From a virus: DNA of 45,785 nucleotides. Made by a program: the position numbers and the translations under genes. The notes beneath the pieces were generated by a model. The model saw only the letters and a list, made by a program, of their open reading frames with translations, was not told the DNA's origin and searched no databases. Every line of letters starts with the position of its first letter. Within the stretch, counting starts at the first letter, position 1. Below are positions 35,806 to 44,484 of this stretch, in pieces. The stretch lies in IMG/VR virus record IMGVR_UViG_3300047462_000035, one strand, 5' to 3'.

Positions 35806-35834
35806 TAGATTACATAAATTATCCATGTTATAAT
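35806..35834 (+). promoter_or_regulatory. Candidate rightward early promoter with an extended -10
   Basis: TAGATT, then 17 nt, then TATAAT, with TGT immediately upstream (TGTTATAAT at 35826..35834). Confidence 0.45.
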
Positions 35835-35898
35835 AATGTTTGCACAAAGCATCATTTACGGTTATAAGTGTTGCACACTAAACAAAGGAAAAAGCACG

Positions 35899-36078
35899 AT
35901 GAAAACGAAAGAATACGTCGAACTAGCTAAGAAAATGAGCGGAACTGTTACTTACCACGGCGACGAAGGCCACATAAGCTTTCCAACAGTATGGCACAAA
36001 GAACAATTTGAAAATAAGGTTGACGAAATAAATCAAACTAGACAAATTCACGAAGACATTATAAAAAGCAAAGCCTAG
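35899..36078 (+). CDS. Hypothetical 59-aa early protein
   Basis: I prefer the ATG at 35899 (RBS AAAGGAAAAAG) over the track start at 35836, which lies at or upstream of the predicted transcription start. Confidence 0.55.
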   Translation: MKTKEYVELAKKMSGTVTYHGDEGHISFPTVWHKEQFENKVDEINQTRQIHEDIIKSKA

Positions 36079-36099
36079 CGAAAGCTAGGCTACTTTTTG
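36071..36099 (+). terminator. Rho-independent terminator
   Basis: GCCTAGC, loop GAAA, GCTAGGC, then TACTTTTT. The stem includes the stop codon. Confidence 0.65.
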
Positions 36100-36122
36100 A
36101 CATTGACAAAGAAAAGACGCAA

Positions 36123-36377
36123 ATGCAGATCACAATTATCTGGCAGTCGGTCAAATACAAAGCTGAAGACGTGAGAAGCGTTTACGCTTGCTTATACAGC
36201 AATGGCGAAGTCAAATTCTTTGACGTTAACCTGAAAAGTGCTACAACCCGCGAGTGGTATTGCCTGAAGTCAGAACTCGAAAACACTGACCGTCTAGTTC
36301 TAGGCAAACAAATCCTATGGTCAGGATTGACCCAACAAGAGCGCATAGCCGCTTTAAAAAGAAAACTCCGCATTTAG
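36123..36377 (+). CDS. Hypothetical protein
   Basis: 84-aa ORF, followed by a hairpin. Confidence 0.5.
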   Translation: MQITIIWQSVKYKAEDVRSVYACLYSNGEVKFFDVNLKSATTREWYCLKSELENTDRLVLGKQILWSGLTQQERIAALKRKLRI

Positions 36378-36390
36378 CGGAGTTTATTTT
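36363..36390. terminator. Bidirectional terminator between convergent genes
   Basis: AAACTCCGC, loop ATTTA, GCGGAGTTT, with T-runs on both strands. It overlaps both stop codons. Confidence 0.6.
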
Positions 36391-38078
36391 GTCTCATCGG
36401 CGCTGCCAGCTATATCATGAAATATTTGAGCAAAAGCATTAAGGTCTAGCGTGACACATAGCGGACCGCCTGCATCAACTAATTTAACATCGCCATACCT
36501 GACCAAGCTATCGAATATGTCTTTAAACGCTCGCTCAAACCCTTGTGGGCAGTTGCGAAAAGACGCCAAGTGCGAACAGTAGTTTTTAACAATGGCAACC
36601 TGAATAATCCCTACGTCAATTAACTCTTGCCTTATCGGACTTTTTCCTTTGCCGTATTTTGCATAGCCGCCGACATACAGCTTCGCCATGTATTTCATCA
36701 CGTCATTACGTCTTCGCGGATCACCTGTGCCAACTTCGTCTTTTACAATGCGAGAGACAAGTTTTTCTAAATTAGGCATTATAATTGCTATAGCTGAATT
36801 GACATATTCTTCCGTTATTTGCGGTTGATATGGATTAACGCCAATGGCAATCAAACAGCTAATTTTTTTGACTTGCTCTTTAGCGCGCGACCAAAGCCCG
36901 GCCGTCTGAAGGTCATCGCGATTAGCTTTTACGACATTGCGTTGACAAACGTTTTCAAACCAGTCTAAACGATCAGACGCTTTTTTGTCGATTGGTTGAA
37001 CGTCAATAACTTCTGACAAATCTCCTGTCAAATGCCTGCCACGCTCAAAACCCATATTAAACAACATTGTTATTTTTTTCATTAGCTGTTCTGAAGGCTT
37101 GTCTATGACTTCTGGATTTTTACGTGTCAAATTTCCGCTATATTCAAGCAATGTAAAACGAGGCAAAAACCCGTTTTCAAGCAATGATGGTTGCATTTCA
37201 TCGTAAAACTTTTCTGGCGTTCCTGTCGCAAGTATTGATAGCGACGCCATAATCACGTCTACTTCTTCTTCAGTTTTGCCACGCTTTGAATATTTACGAC
37301 CGCGATAAACTCTGCCTGGACCTGACATTTCCATAAGCCTAAGCAATTCAGCTTGCATTTGTGCGACGTGCGAAGGCGGGTTAGGCCGCGACATTTCTTT
37401 GATTTGGTGCACGTATTCATCACCGTGAAACAGAGTAGATGGCGATTGCGGCATGTGTTGCGCCAAGCCTTGCGCGCTGCCTATTTCACCTATAATCATG
37501 TTGCGTGCATAAGCTAGACGTTTTTTAGCTTCTTCACTATGCGGCGGCTTTACGTCTAAAAATTGTTTAGCAAGTTCATTTGCCCAAGCATCGTTTGCTT
37601 TAAAACAAAAGCTTTTACCAACAGACGTTTTTGCAAGTAGCAAAATATAAAGCGATAAGCCTAACGTACCATGTCGATAGGTGCGGGAGCACAGCAAAGA
37701 CATAGACGATAAAGCTGACGCTATAGCGACTTCTGCGATTTGATAAGGTGAACCATGCCAGCAAAAATCTACTAGTTCGCCTACAAGGCCAGGAATCTTA
37801 ATAGGCGGCTTGGGCGGCGGCAAATCTAAAGGGGAGCCGTCTTCGTCAATCCATTGCGGTCGCTCTACAGGCGTAGCAGGCACGGCCGATGGAAAAATGA
37901 CCGCGTGACCCAGCTTAGGCGGGTCAGGGCGCTTCAGGGAAGCCCCTGGAAGCGGGTTTGCGGCTGGTACCGGGCCATCGGGGCGGAATACTGCCGCAAC
38001 CGCGTCAGGCGTCGCGTAGTTCTGTTCCGGCCCTTTGAAAACCCAAGGCGTCCATTTTGTCGCGTCAAACCAAGGCAT
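36384..38078 (-). CDS. P-loop NTPase, putative replicative helicase (DUF3987-like)
   Basis: 564 aa directly downstream of the primase-polymerase. Walker A 'AKTSVGKS' and a candidate Walker B 'LFHGDEY'. Confidence 0.6.
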   Translation of the reverse strand: MPWFDATKWTPWVFKGPEQNYATPDAVAAVFRPDGPVPAANPLPGASLKRPDPPKLGHAVIFPSAVPATPVERPQWIDEDGSPLDLPPPKPPIKIPGLVGELVDFCWHGSPYQIAEVAIASALSSMSLLCSRTYRHGTLGLSLYILLLAKTSVGKSFCFKANDAWANELAKQFLDVKPPHSEEAKKRLAYARNMIIGEIGSAQGLAQHMPQSPSTLFHGDEYVHQIKEMSRPNPPSHVAQMQAELLRLMEMSGPGRVYRGRKYSKRGKTEEEVDVIMASLSILATGTPEKFYDEMQPSLLENGFLPRFTLLEYSGNLTRKNPEVIDKPSEQLMKKITMLFNMGFERGRHLTGDLSEVIDVQPIDKKASDRLDWFENVCQRNVVKANRDDLQTAGLWSRAKEQVKKISCLIAIGVNPYQPQITEEYVNSAIAIIMPNLEKLVSRIVKDEVGTGDPRRRNDVMKYMAKLYVGGYAKYGKGKSPIRQELIDVGIIQVAIVKNYCSHLASFRNCPQGFERAFKDIFDSLVRYGDVKLVDAGGPLCVTLDLNAFAQIFHDIAGSADETK

Positions 38079-38087
38079 TGTTATAAT

Positions 38088-38966
38088 TTAGCCTTTGAGC
38101 GAAGCGAGTAAGCTAAGCCTTTGATTATGTAGTGCGTCCATATTGGCCTTTGGCGGCATACGGTCAAACGCACGATTTACCATATACGCTATGTATTTAT
38201 TACGCTTAGCTTTCTCGCGTTGTCCTAAGCCTGACATGCGAAAAAGCCTGATAATTTGTTCTTTGTTTTTCGTGTAAAAGGTAAGAATATTGATTAATGC
38301 GAAGTCAGCTTCAGACTGTGACGGATAATCGTATTGCCAATTTCCCATATACAAACGTTGAAATTTTTCGCCGTTTGAAGCTTGCGAGCATTGACGCAAT
38401 ACAGTTGCGTCATCAAAAATCTGTGCTTCGCCTGTCTGAAACGGAGGAATATATGCGGGCGCGTCAAGCGAGTTGTAAAGCAAATCGACTTCAGCTTGAC
38501 GATAAGCTATTGGCTTATTATTGACGCTTTCGCCTGTGAAGGTAAAAAAGCGGTCACAGTCGTATATTTCAACTTTGTTGCGACGCCTGCCCGCGTTAGA
38601 TAGCTTTGCTTTGACGATAACATGCACGCCTTGCCCGCTTGGCGATACTTCGGCATAGCTGTTTAAATATTCTAGCGTTGCTTGATGCGAGTTGGCTATT
38701 GCAACAACGCCGTCAGGGTTGTCTAAATCAATCCCGCAATAATCATCTGATTTAGTAAAAACAAAACCAATACCAGACACGCTATTGCGATGAGAGGTAC
38801 AAAAATCAAAACTAGACCAATGTAAAGGATTGACAACTGAGGCAAGAGCACCTGTATGCGGACAGATAGGCGTTTTTGTAATTTTTCCATTTTGTCTAAC
38901 ATCTTGCCTCCAATTTATCCATTGACGAAGTTGCTTTAACTCTGACGGTATATTGTCAAAACTCAT
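38088..38966 (-). CDS. Primase-polymerase (bifunctional prim-pol N-domain plus PriCT-1-like C-domain)
   Basis: 292 aa. 'QWINWR...KTPICPHTG', 'GIGFVFTKSDDYCGIDLDN' and 'SQSEADFALINILTFYT...IIRLFRMSG' match prim-pol and PriCT-1 patterns. Confidence 0.75.
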   Translation of the reverse strand: MSFDNIPSELKQLRQWINWRQDVRQNGKITKTPICPHTGALASVVNPLHWSSFDFCTSHRNSVSGIGFVFTKSDDYCGIDLDNPDGVVAIANSHQATLEYLNSYAEVSPSGQGVHVIVKAKLSNAGRRRNKVEIYDCDRFFTFTGESVNNKPIAYRQAEVDLLYNSLDAPAYIPPFQTGEAQIFDDATVLRQCSQASNGEKFQRLYMGNWQYDYPSQSEADFALINILTFYTKNKEQIIRLFRMSGLGQREKAKRNKYIAYMVNRAFDRMPPKANMDALHNQRLSLLASLKG

Positions 38967-38978
38967 GACGTTTTAGCC

Positions 38979-39188
38979 TTATGTGTTAATCAGCGGCTTT
39001 CCGGTAAGGTATTCATACAATTTTTGAACACGGTTAACGTCAGTTTCTTTGATGCGACCGTTTGCCATTCGCGACAACCATACGCGGTTTAGCTCTGGCA
39101 AATCGCGGTTGATATTGCTAAAGGTCAAGCTTCTAGGCCGATTTTTTAGAAGTTGCTGCGTCGCAGATAGTAGCGTACAACCGTCCAT
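38979..39188 (-). CDS. Small HTH DNA-binding regulator (Cro/Ner-like)
   Basis: 69 aa with the helix-turn-helix-like 'LTFSNINRDLPELNRVWLSRMANGR'. It sits at a divergent junction. Confidence 0.5.
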   Translation of the reverse strand: MDGCTLLSATQQLLKNRPRSLTFSNINRDLPELNRVWLSRMANGRIKETDVNRVQKLYEYLTGKPLINT

Positions 39189-39216
39189 CTTGCCGCCCTG
39201 TAATATGGTTGAGTAG

Positions 39217-39225
39217 TGCTAGAAT
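39217..39225 (+). promoter_or_regulatory. Candidate extended -10 (TGCTAGAAT) for the rightward replication/recombination operon
   Basis: Read directly in the 131-bp divergent intergenic region. There is no good -35. Confidence 0.25.
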
Positions 39226-39319
39226 GATTTGCCGTGTATCGTCAATGATACTTTTTGCGTCTTGACAGACACATTAGCCGCGTGCAAGCCTTACTAGATC
39301 GAGTTTCAGGGTAGGCATC

Positions 39320-39754
39320 ATGTCAGAACTTCGCAAGCGTTTGTTAGCCGTCCAATGGGCGGTTGCTAAAGCGTCCCTAGAGCGCGCTAAAAAACGTGAA
39401 GCTGCCTTGCGGTCAGAGATTGCAAACGAATTTTTTCCCATGCCGAAAAAAGGCGTTAACCGTGTCGGTTTAGATGATGGCACAGACTTCAAGCTGACGG
39501 CAAAGCAAACCATAAAATTTGTTTTCAATCAGCAACTATTAAATGCCCTGGCACTTCAGCTTCAGGCGTTTTCAAATATCTGCCCACAATGGGTTGAGGT
39601 GTTCAAGCAAGAATGGCGCTTTTCTGAAAGCACGTATGAAACTTGCACCGACGAAGTCAAAGCCTTGATAGACCGTTCTGGCCTTATCGAGATTAAAGAC
39701 GGTATGCCGTCGCTCGAAATAGCGCCAAAGCCGAAGGCGGCTTACAATGGTTGA
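39320..39754 (+). CDS. Hypothetical protein (coiled-coil N-terminus)
   Basis: 144 aa, the first gene of the operon. Confidence 0.55.
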   Translation: MSELRKRLLAVQWAVAKASLERAKKREAALRSEIANEFFPMPKKGVNRVGLDDGTDFKLTAKQTIKFVFNQQLLNALALQLQAFSNICPQWVEVFKQEWRFSESTYETCTDEVKALIDRSGLIEIKDGMPSLEIAPKPKAAYNG

Positions 39755-39947
39755 TAATTTTGTATTCAATCGAATACTTAAAGGCGACGGGTTTTTTGTC
39801 GAAATTGATTGTGTTGATTTTAACATAGTCAAGTTTCGTATTCATCACGACAAAAGTTTTGACGCTGCTAAAGAATGGTTTTACAGGCCGGTTAATCAAT
39901 TTATACCGCTCGCGCGTTTTTGGGGCATCCAAAACAATCATGGTTAA
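39747..39947 (+). CDS. Hypothetical protein
   Basis: 66 aa. Its ATG overlaps the upstream stop region and its TAA overlaps the downstream ATG at 39940. Confidence 0.5.
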   Translation: MVDNFVFNRILKGDGFFVEIDCVDFNIVKFRIHHDKSFDAAKEWFYRPVNQFIPLARFWGIQNNHG

Positions 39948-40620
39948 AATTTACAACACAGGCGACATAAGCAACGCTTTTTCAAACTCGCTTGTGTATG
40001 GCTTGGCCGGTTCTGGCAAAACGCCGCTCGCCGCGACAGCGGATAACGTCATCATTATTTCAACAGAACCGGGCTTGAAGTCTATTCAACGCAACCGACT
40101 TCCTTACATTGCCGCGCCAGCTTACAGCGACGCCAAAGACGCTTTGGCTTGGGCAACGTCTAGCCGCGAATCCGCGCAATTCAACACAATATATTTTGAT
40201 AGCATATCGGCTTTGTCTGAAAACATTCTCGCGGCAAACCGTCGCGCATATAAAAACGATGCTCGCAAATATTCGCCTGAAACGACCGCACAGGTTATGG
40301 AAATTGTTCTAGGCTTTCAAAGCATTCAAAACAAAAACGTTGTGATGACTTCTAAAGCTATCGAAATGACGGATCAAATTACAGGCGTAAAGACGGCCGA
40401 ATGCTTTACGGCTGTTCCTAAACTTGGCCCGGCGTTGCCATATAATTTTGACAACGTAATTTTTATCAGCCGTCACGTTGCGCCTGACGGTTCACAGTAT
40501 TCCGCGTTACGCTGTAGCACGAATGATTATTGCATAGCGCGAAATAGAAGCGGGCTTCTCTCGTTATGGGAACCAGCTAACCTAAAACAGCTTTTCAACA
40601 AAGAAAACGGAGTGACATAA
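39940..40620 (+). CDS. Sak4-like / AAA_24 RecA-fold ATPase (recombination)
   Basis: The start was moved to the ATG at 39940 ('MVKIYNTG'). Walker A 'GLAGSGKT' and Walker B 'IYFDSIS'. Confidence 0.7.
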   Translation: MVKIYNTGDISNAFSNSLVYGLAGSGKTPLAATADNVIIISTEPGLKSIQRNRLPYIAAPAYSDAKDALAWATSSRESAQFNTIYFDSISALSENILAANRRAYKNDARKYSPETTAQVMEIVLGFQSIQNKNVVMTSKAIEMTDQITGVKTAECFTAVPKLGPALPYNFDNVIFISRHVAPDGSQYSALRCSTNDYCIARNRSGLLSLWEPANLKQLFNKENGVT

Positions 40621-40621
40621 T

Positions 40622-41251
40622 ATGGCTTGGTTTAATGCGACGGAACACAATCCAGAACTTCAGCAACAGGGAATGCCAGTTGGCAAATATCCTGTCAAAA
40701 TCATTGCTTCTGGCCCGCGTGCTTCAACAAATGACCCGGCAAGCGGTTTGTTGTTTTTGACGTGCGAAATTCTTGACGGCCCACAACGCGGCATGACGGG
40801 TCAGTTGACGTTAAACTTGTGGAACAAAAACGACACGTCAAAGGAAATCGCAGGCCGTCAGCTTTCGGCTATTTGCCACGTTACACAGACGTTGCACCTT
40901 GACGCCAAGCCTGAAGGCGTTGAACTTTGGGGCAAGCCGTTTATTCTCGAAATGGCGCAACAGCCTGATTCAAAATATACGCAAATTGCAGGCGTTTACG
41001 ACGTAGCTGGCGCACCGCCAACGCGCGCCGCATCTGCATTGGCCGCGTCAGCCACACAGCCGCCCCAGCAGTTTGCCCAAACACAAGCGCCAGCAACCCA
41101 GCCGCAAGGCGGCGGTGCGCCGTCATGGGCTGGCGGTGCGCCACAGGCGACACAGCAACCGGCGTTTGGCGGTCAACCGCCCGCTGGCGGCACACCTTCG
41201 TGGGCGCAACAGCCTGCAACAAATAATGCGCCGTCATGGGCGCGGCAATAA
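40622..41251 (+). CDS. SSB-like protein (DUF669-like) with a PSWA-repeat tail
   Basis: 209 aa directly after the Sak4-like gene. An OB-size N-domain is followed by a Gln/Pro/Ala tail with three 'PSWA' motifs. Confidence 0.55.
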   Translation: MAWFNATEHNPELQQQGMPVGKYPVKIIASGPRASTNDPASGLLFLTCEILDGPQRGMTGQLTLNLWNKNDTSKEIAGRQLSAICHVTQTLHLDAKPEGVELWGKPFILEMAQQPDSKYTQIAGVYDVAGAPPTRAASALAASATQPPQQFAQTQAPATQPQGGGAPSWAGGAPQATQQPAFGGQPPAGGTPSWAQQPATNNAPSWARQ

Positions 41252-41412
41252 TGCTTGACGATACGTCGCCAGAACAATGTGTTGAAATTTTAGTCAATTT
41301 TTCGGCTGGCGGTTTGGGTAAAACAGTATGGGTAAACGTAGACGGCGTTTGCCGTTATCGAATTACCTGTGTTAAAGTGCCAATCATTGTTGAAGACAAC
41401 ACGAAAGAATAA
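41251..41412 (+). CDS. 53-aa hypothetical protein
   Basis: Hand-translated as MLDDTSPEQCVEILVNFSAGGLGKTVWVNVDGVCRYRITCVKVPIIVEDNTKE. A TAATG overlap with the upstream gene fills the gap. Confidence 0.45.
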   Translation: MLDDTSPEQCVEILVNFSAGGLGKTVWVNVDGVCRYRITCVKVPIIVEDNTKE

Positions 41413-41415
41413 GCT

Positions 41416-42291
41416 GTGAGTATGCGTGTACGTCTAAACGGTTTTGAACGGAAAAATTTGGCTACCGCAATCAAAGCCGACATAGACGCTGCTTGCATTG
41501 CTCTATACGAAGAAAGTGAACAACGCGCGCATTTAGGCGCAAGTATTATTGGCGAAAAATGCGCGCGGAAGCTTTGGTATTCATTCCGATGGTTTCACAA
41601 AGAACAATTTAGTGCCAAAATGTATCGCTTATTTAATCGCGGTCACAAAGAAGAGGACCGATTAATAGAATGGATTAAGTCTATAGCGGCAAACGTGCTA
41701 TCGCACAACGAAGCGACCGGCAAACAGTTCCGCATTTCAGGCGTTGATGGTCATTACGGCGGTTCATTGGATAGCATCATTTATTTGCCTGAAAACTATC
41801 GACTTGAAATTCCTTTTCTTGGGGAGTTCAAGACGCACAATGAACGGTCATTTAAAAGCCTTGTCAAAAACGGAGTAATAATGTCAAAGCCTAAGCATTA
41901 CGCTCAAATGTGTGCTTATGGTAGCGCCGAAATATACAATTTCGATTATGCAATATATTTTGCAATCAACAAAAACACAGACGATTTGCATATTGAAGTT
42001 GTCGAATTAGATCATAACTTAGGCAAAAAACTCCTGGCAAAAGCGCAACACATAATCACCGCGCAAGCCGCCCCTGGTCGAATATCGGCTTCGCCAGCTT
42101 ACAGCGAATGCACTTACTGTGCGATGCAAGGCGTTTGCCACAAAGGCGAAGCTGTAGACATAAATTGCCGCTCTTGTAGGCATAGCATGGCCGGTCAAAG
42201 CGCTTCATGGATTTGTGCTTTAGCTAATCAAATTATTCCGCGTGAAGTTTTGTCGAAAGGTTGCGAGCAATGGCAAGTCTTTCCGCACTGA
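41416..42291 (+). CDS. PD-(D/E)xK exonuclease, Cas4/RecB-like, with Fe-S cluster cysteines
   Basis: 291 aa. 'GSLDSIIYL...LGEFKTH' gives the D...ExK arrangement. An N-terminal Cys ('GEKCARK') plus the C-terminal 'CTYCAMQGVC' (Cx2Cx5C) match Cas4/AddB-type clusters. Confidence 0.7.
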   Translation: MSMRVRLNGFERKNLATAIKADIDAACIALYEESEQRAHLGASIIGEKCARKLWYSFRWFHKEQFSAKMYRLFNRGHKEEDRLIEWIKSIAANVLSHNEATGKQFRISGVDGHYGGSLDSIIYLPENYRLEIPFLGEFKTHNERSFKSLVKNGVIMSKPKHYAQMCAYGSAEIYNFDYAIYFAINKNTDDLHIEVVELDHNLGKKLLAKAQHIITAQAAPGRISASPAYSECTYCAMQGVCHKGEAVDINCRSCRHSMAGQSASWICALANQIIPREVLSKGCEQWQVFPH

Positions 42292-42593
42292 CAGTGCTGC
42301 CTAATAGCCAAATAAAAAAAGGTTATCACACTTACGTCAAAGTTTCTTGTACTTGCGGAACTATCAAATTAATGAGAAAATCGTATGTTGAAAGCAACAA
42401 AGCTAAATCATGCGGTTGTGTCAAGAAAACTTGCAAAGCATTTGTTACATATAATCAACGTTTTGTTCCTTTGATAAGGGCTTGCGAAGAAGCAGGAATA
42501 AAAAGAGGAAGCGTTTACAATCGAATGAAACGTGAAAAAGTTTCAATGCAAATTGCGTTTAATTGGTTTGTGCAGAGGAAAAATTGGATATGA
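42261..42593 (+). CDS. Zn-ribbon plus HTH-like small DNA-binding protein
   Basis: 110 aa with 'SCTCGT...SCGC' and 'GIKRGSVYNRMKREKVSMQIAFNW'. The 5' end overlaps the nuclease gene. Confidence 0.45.
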   Translation: MRAMASLSALTVLPNSQIKKGYHTYVKVSCTCGTIKLMRKSYVESNKAKSCGCVKKTCKAFVTYNQRFVPLIRACEEAGIKRGSVYNRMKREKVSMQIAFNWFVQRKNWI

Positions 42594-42853
42594 AAAAACC
42601 TGTGTCAAAAATATTGCCAGTTCCTACGCCAGTATTTGACGATGTAAATAGGCCGAAACATTATGCCAGCGGTAAAATAGAGTGTATTGACGCAATAGAA
42701 TCAATGCTAGGCGTAGAAGGTCAAATAGCATTTCTTCGCGGACAAGTTATAAAATATACTTGGCGCATGATGGCAAAAAATGCGCCTGTTCAAGACGCTG
42801 AAAAAGCGCAATGGTATATGAACCGTTTGGTTGCGGAAATTAAAAAGACGTGA
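42590..42853 (+). CDS. DUF3310-like protein
   Basis: The start was moved to the ATG at 42590 (ATGA overlap). 'NRPKHYASGKIECIDAIE...GQVIKYTWR...AEKAQWYMNRL' matches the DUF3310 pattern. Confidence 0.65.
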   Translation: MKKPVSKILPVPTPVFDDVNRPKHYASGKIECIDAIESMLGVEGQIAFLRGQVIKYTWRMMAKNAPVQDAEKAQWYMNRLVAEIKKT

Positions 42854-44484
42854 ACTACCAGCCGCAAACAGTACAAGCTAGATGGTATCAGGAAGCAGCT
42901 ATAGACAGTCTGTTTTCGTACTTTGAGCATAACAACGGCAACCCGCTTGTGTGTATGCCCACAGGAAGCGGCAAAGGCTTTGTCATTGCCAAGTTTATCA
43001 ACTTGGTTTTTTCGCTGTTTCCATATCAGCGAATTTTGATGGCAACGCACGTAAAAGAACTGATTGAGCAAAACGCGCGAAAAATGCTTGAAGTTTGGCC
43101 GCTCGCGCCGATTGGCATTTATTCGGCCGGGCTTCGCCAGAAAGAATTGACCGCACCTATAACGTTTGCGGGCATAGCGTCCATAGTCAATGCGGTTAAA
43201 GTGCTAGGCCATTACGATTTGTTTTTGATAGACGAAGCGCATTTGCTTGGTCCAAACGATGACAGTCAGTACGGCAAAGTTATTGCGGCTTTGCTCGCCG
43301 TTAATCCGCGCATGAAGATTATAGGCTTTACCGCAACCGGATGGCGCACCGGAATGGGAAGGCTTACGAATGGTCCGATATTTACCGATACGTGTTTTGA
43401 CATTTGTAACATTGAAGGCTTTAGCAGGCTTTTTGCCGATTATCATTTAGTTCCGCCAAGACCGCGCCGCGTTAATAACGTAATTGATACGTCAGGCGTT
43501 TCTATTCAAAACGGCGATTTTGCACAAGGTCAGCTTTCTAACAAAGCTGACGAAAAAATCACTTGGAAGCTGATAGGCGAAGCTTTAGACCACGGAAAAG
43601 ATAGAACAACCCGGCTTATGTTTTGTGCTGGCGTAGAACGTGCAATTATGTCGGCCGAAATGCTGCGTGCGTATGGCTTAAATGCTCATGCCGTCCACTC
43701 GAAAATGAACGGCAGTAAAGAACGCGACGATATTATGTTAGCATTTCGCGCGGGCGAAGTCGATACGCTTTGCTTAAACGGCATAGGAACAACGGGCTTG
43801 GACGTACCGCGCATTGACCATATCATTTGCGCTAGACCGACTATGTCAGTCGGTTTGCACGTTCAAATGATCGGGCGCGGAATGCGACCATATGAAGTCA
43901 ATGGGTGGCAAAAACGAGATTGCCTTGTATCTGACCATGCTGGCAATGTCAGGCGTCTTGGCCCCGTTGATGACCCCGTAATACCGAAAATGAAAGGTAA
44001 AGGTGCGGGCGAAGCACCTGTCAAAATTTGCCCGGCTTGCGATTGCTATTGCCACGCCGCCGCTCGCGTATGCCCATTTTGCGGCGAAATATTTGACGCT
44101 AAGTTTGAAGTCAAAGTCAAAGCTTATGACGATGAACTGATAAGGTCAGACTTACCAATTATCGAATGGTTCAATGTCACAGGTGGCGTTTATTACACTT
44201 TGCACACGAAAAAAAATCAGTTTCCGCCAGCCGCGCCAATTATCAAAGCGTCGTATAGTTGCGGTCTAAGAACATTCATAGAATGGATCACGGTTGAACA
44301 TTCTTCGCCATTCATGAAAAAGCGTTTTTCTGATTGGTGGCGGCAAAGGTTTGTCGATCAAACTATACCAATTCCGTCAACAGCTTCAGAATGTGTGCAA
44401 TATTTTGACAAGCTTGTCCCGCCTAAGCGTGTGCAAGTTTGGGTCAACAAAAAATATCCCGAAATAACCGGCTGTGAATTTTGA
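42850..44484 (+). CDS. SF2 DEAD/DEAH-box helicase with a C-terminal Zn ribbon
   Basis: 544 aa with a GTG start. Motif I 'MPTGSGKG', motif II 'LIDEAHLL', motif VI-like 'MIGRGMR', and 'CPACDC...CPFCG'. Confidence 0.85.
   Translation: MNYQPQTVQARWYQEAAIDSLFSYFEHNNGNPLVCMPTGSGKGFVIAKFINLVFSLFPYQRILMATHVKELIEQNARKMLEVWPLAPIGIYSAGLRQKELTAPITFAGIASIVNAVKVLGHYDLFLIDEAHLLGPNDDSQYGKVIAALLAVNPRMKIIGFTATGWRTGMGRLTNGPIFTDTCFDICNIEGFSRLFADYHLVPPRPRRVNNVIDTSGVSIQNGDFAQGQLSNKADEKITWKLIGEALDHGKDRTTRLMFCAGVERAIMSAEMLRAYGLNAHAVHSKMNGSKERDDIMLAFRAGEVDTLCLNGIGTTGLDVPRIDHIICARPTMSVGLHVQMIGRGMRPYEVNGWQKRDCLVSDHAGNVRRLGPVDDPVIPKMKGKGAGEAPVKICPACDCYCHAAARVCPFCGEIFDAKFEVKVKAYDDELIRSDLPIIEWFNVTGGVYYTLHTKKNQFPPAAPIIKASYSCGLRTFIEWITVEHSSPFMKKRFSDWWRQRFVDQTIPIPSTASECVQYFDKLVPPKRVQVWVNKKYPEITGCEF

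Noticed and set aside
35836-35898. Upstream extension of the first rightward early gene (track start 35836)
   Set aside because: This ATG lies at or just before the transcription start predicted from the TGTTATAAT promoter and has no RBS. The ATG at 35899 has one.
40941-41297. 118-aa antisense ORF and 61-aa alternative-frame ORF over the SSB-like tail
   Set aside because: They are products of the GC-rich Gln/Pro/Ala repeat region read in other frames. Their composition is Arg-rich and they lack translation signals.
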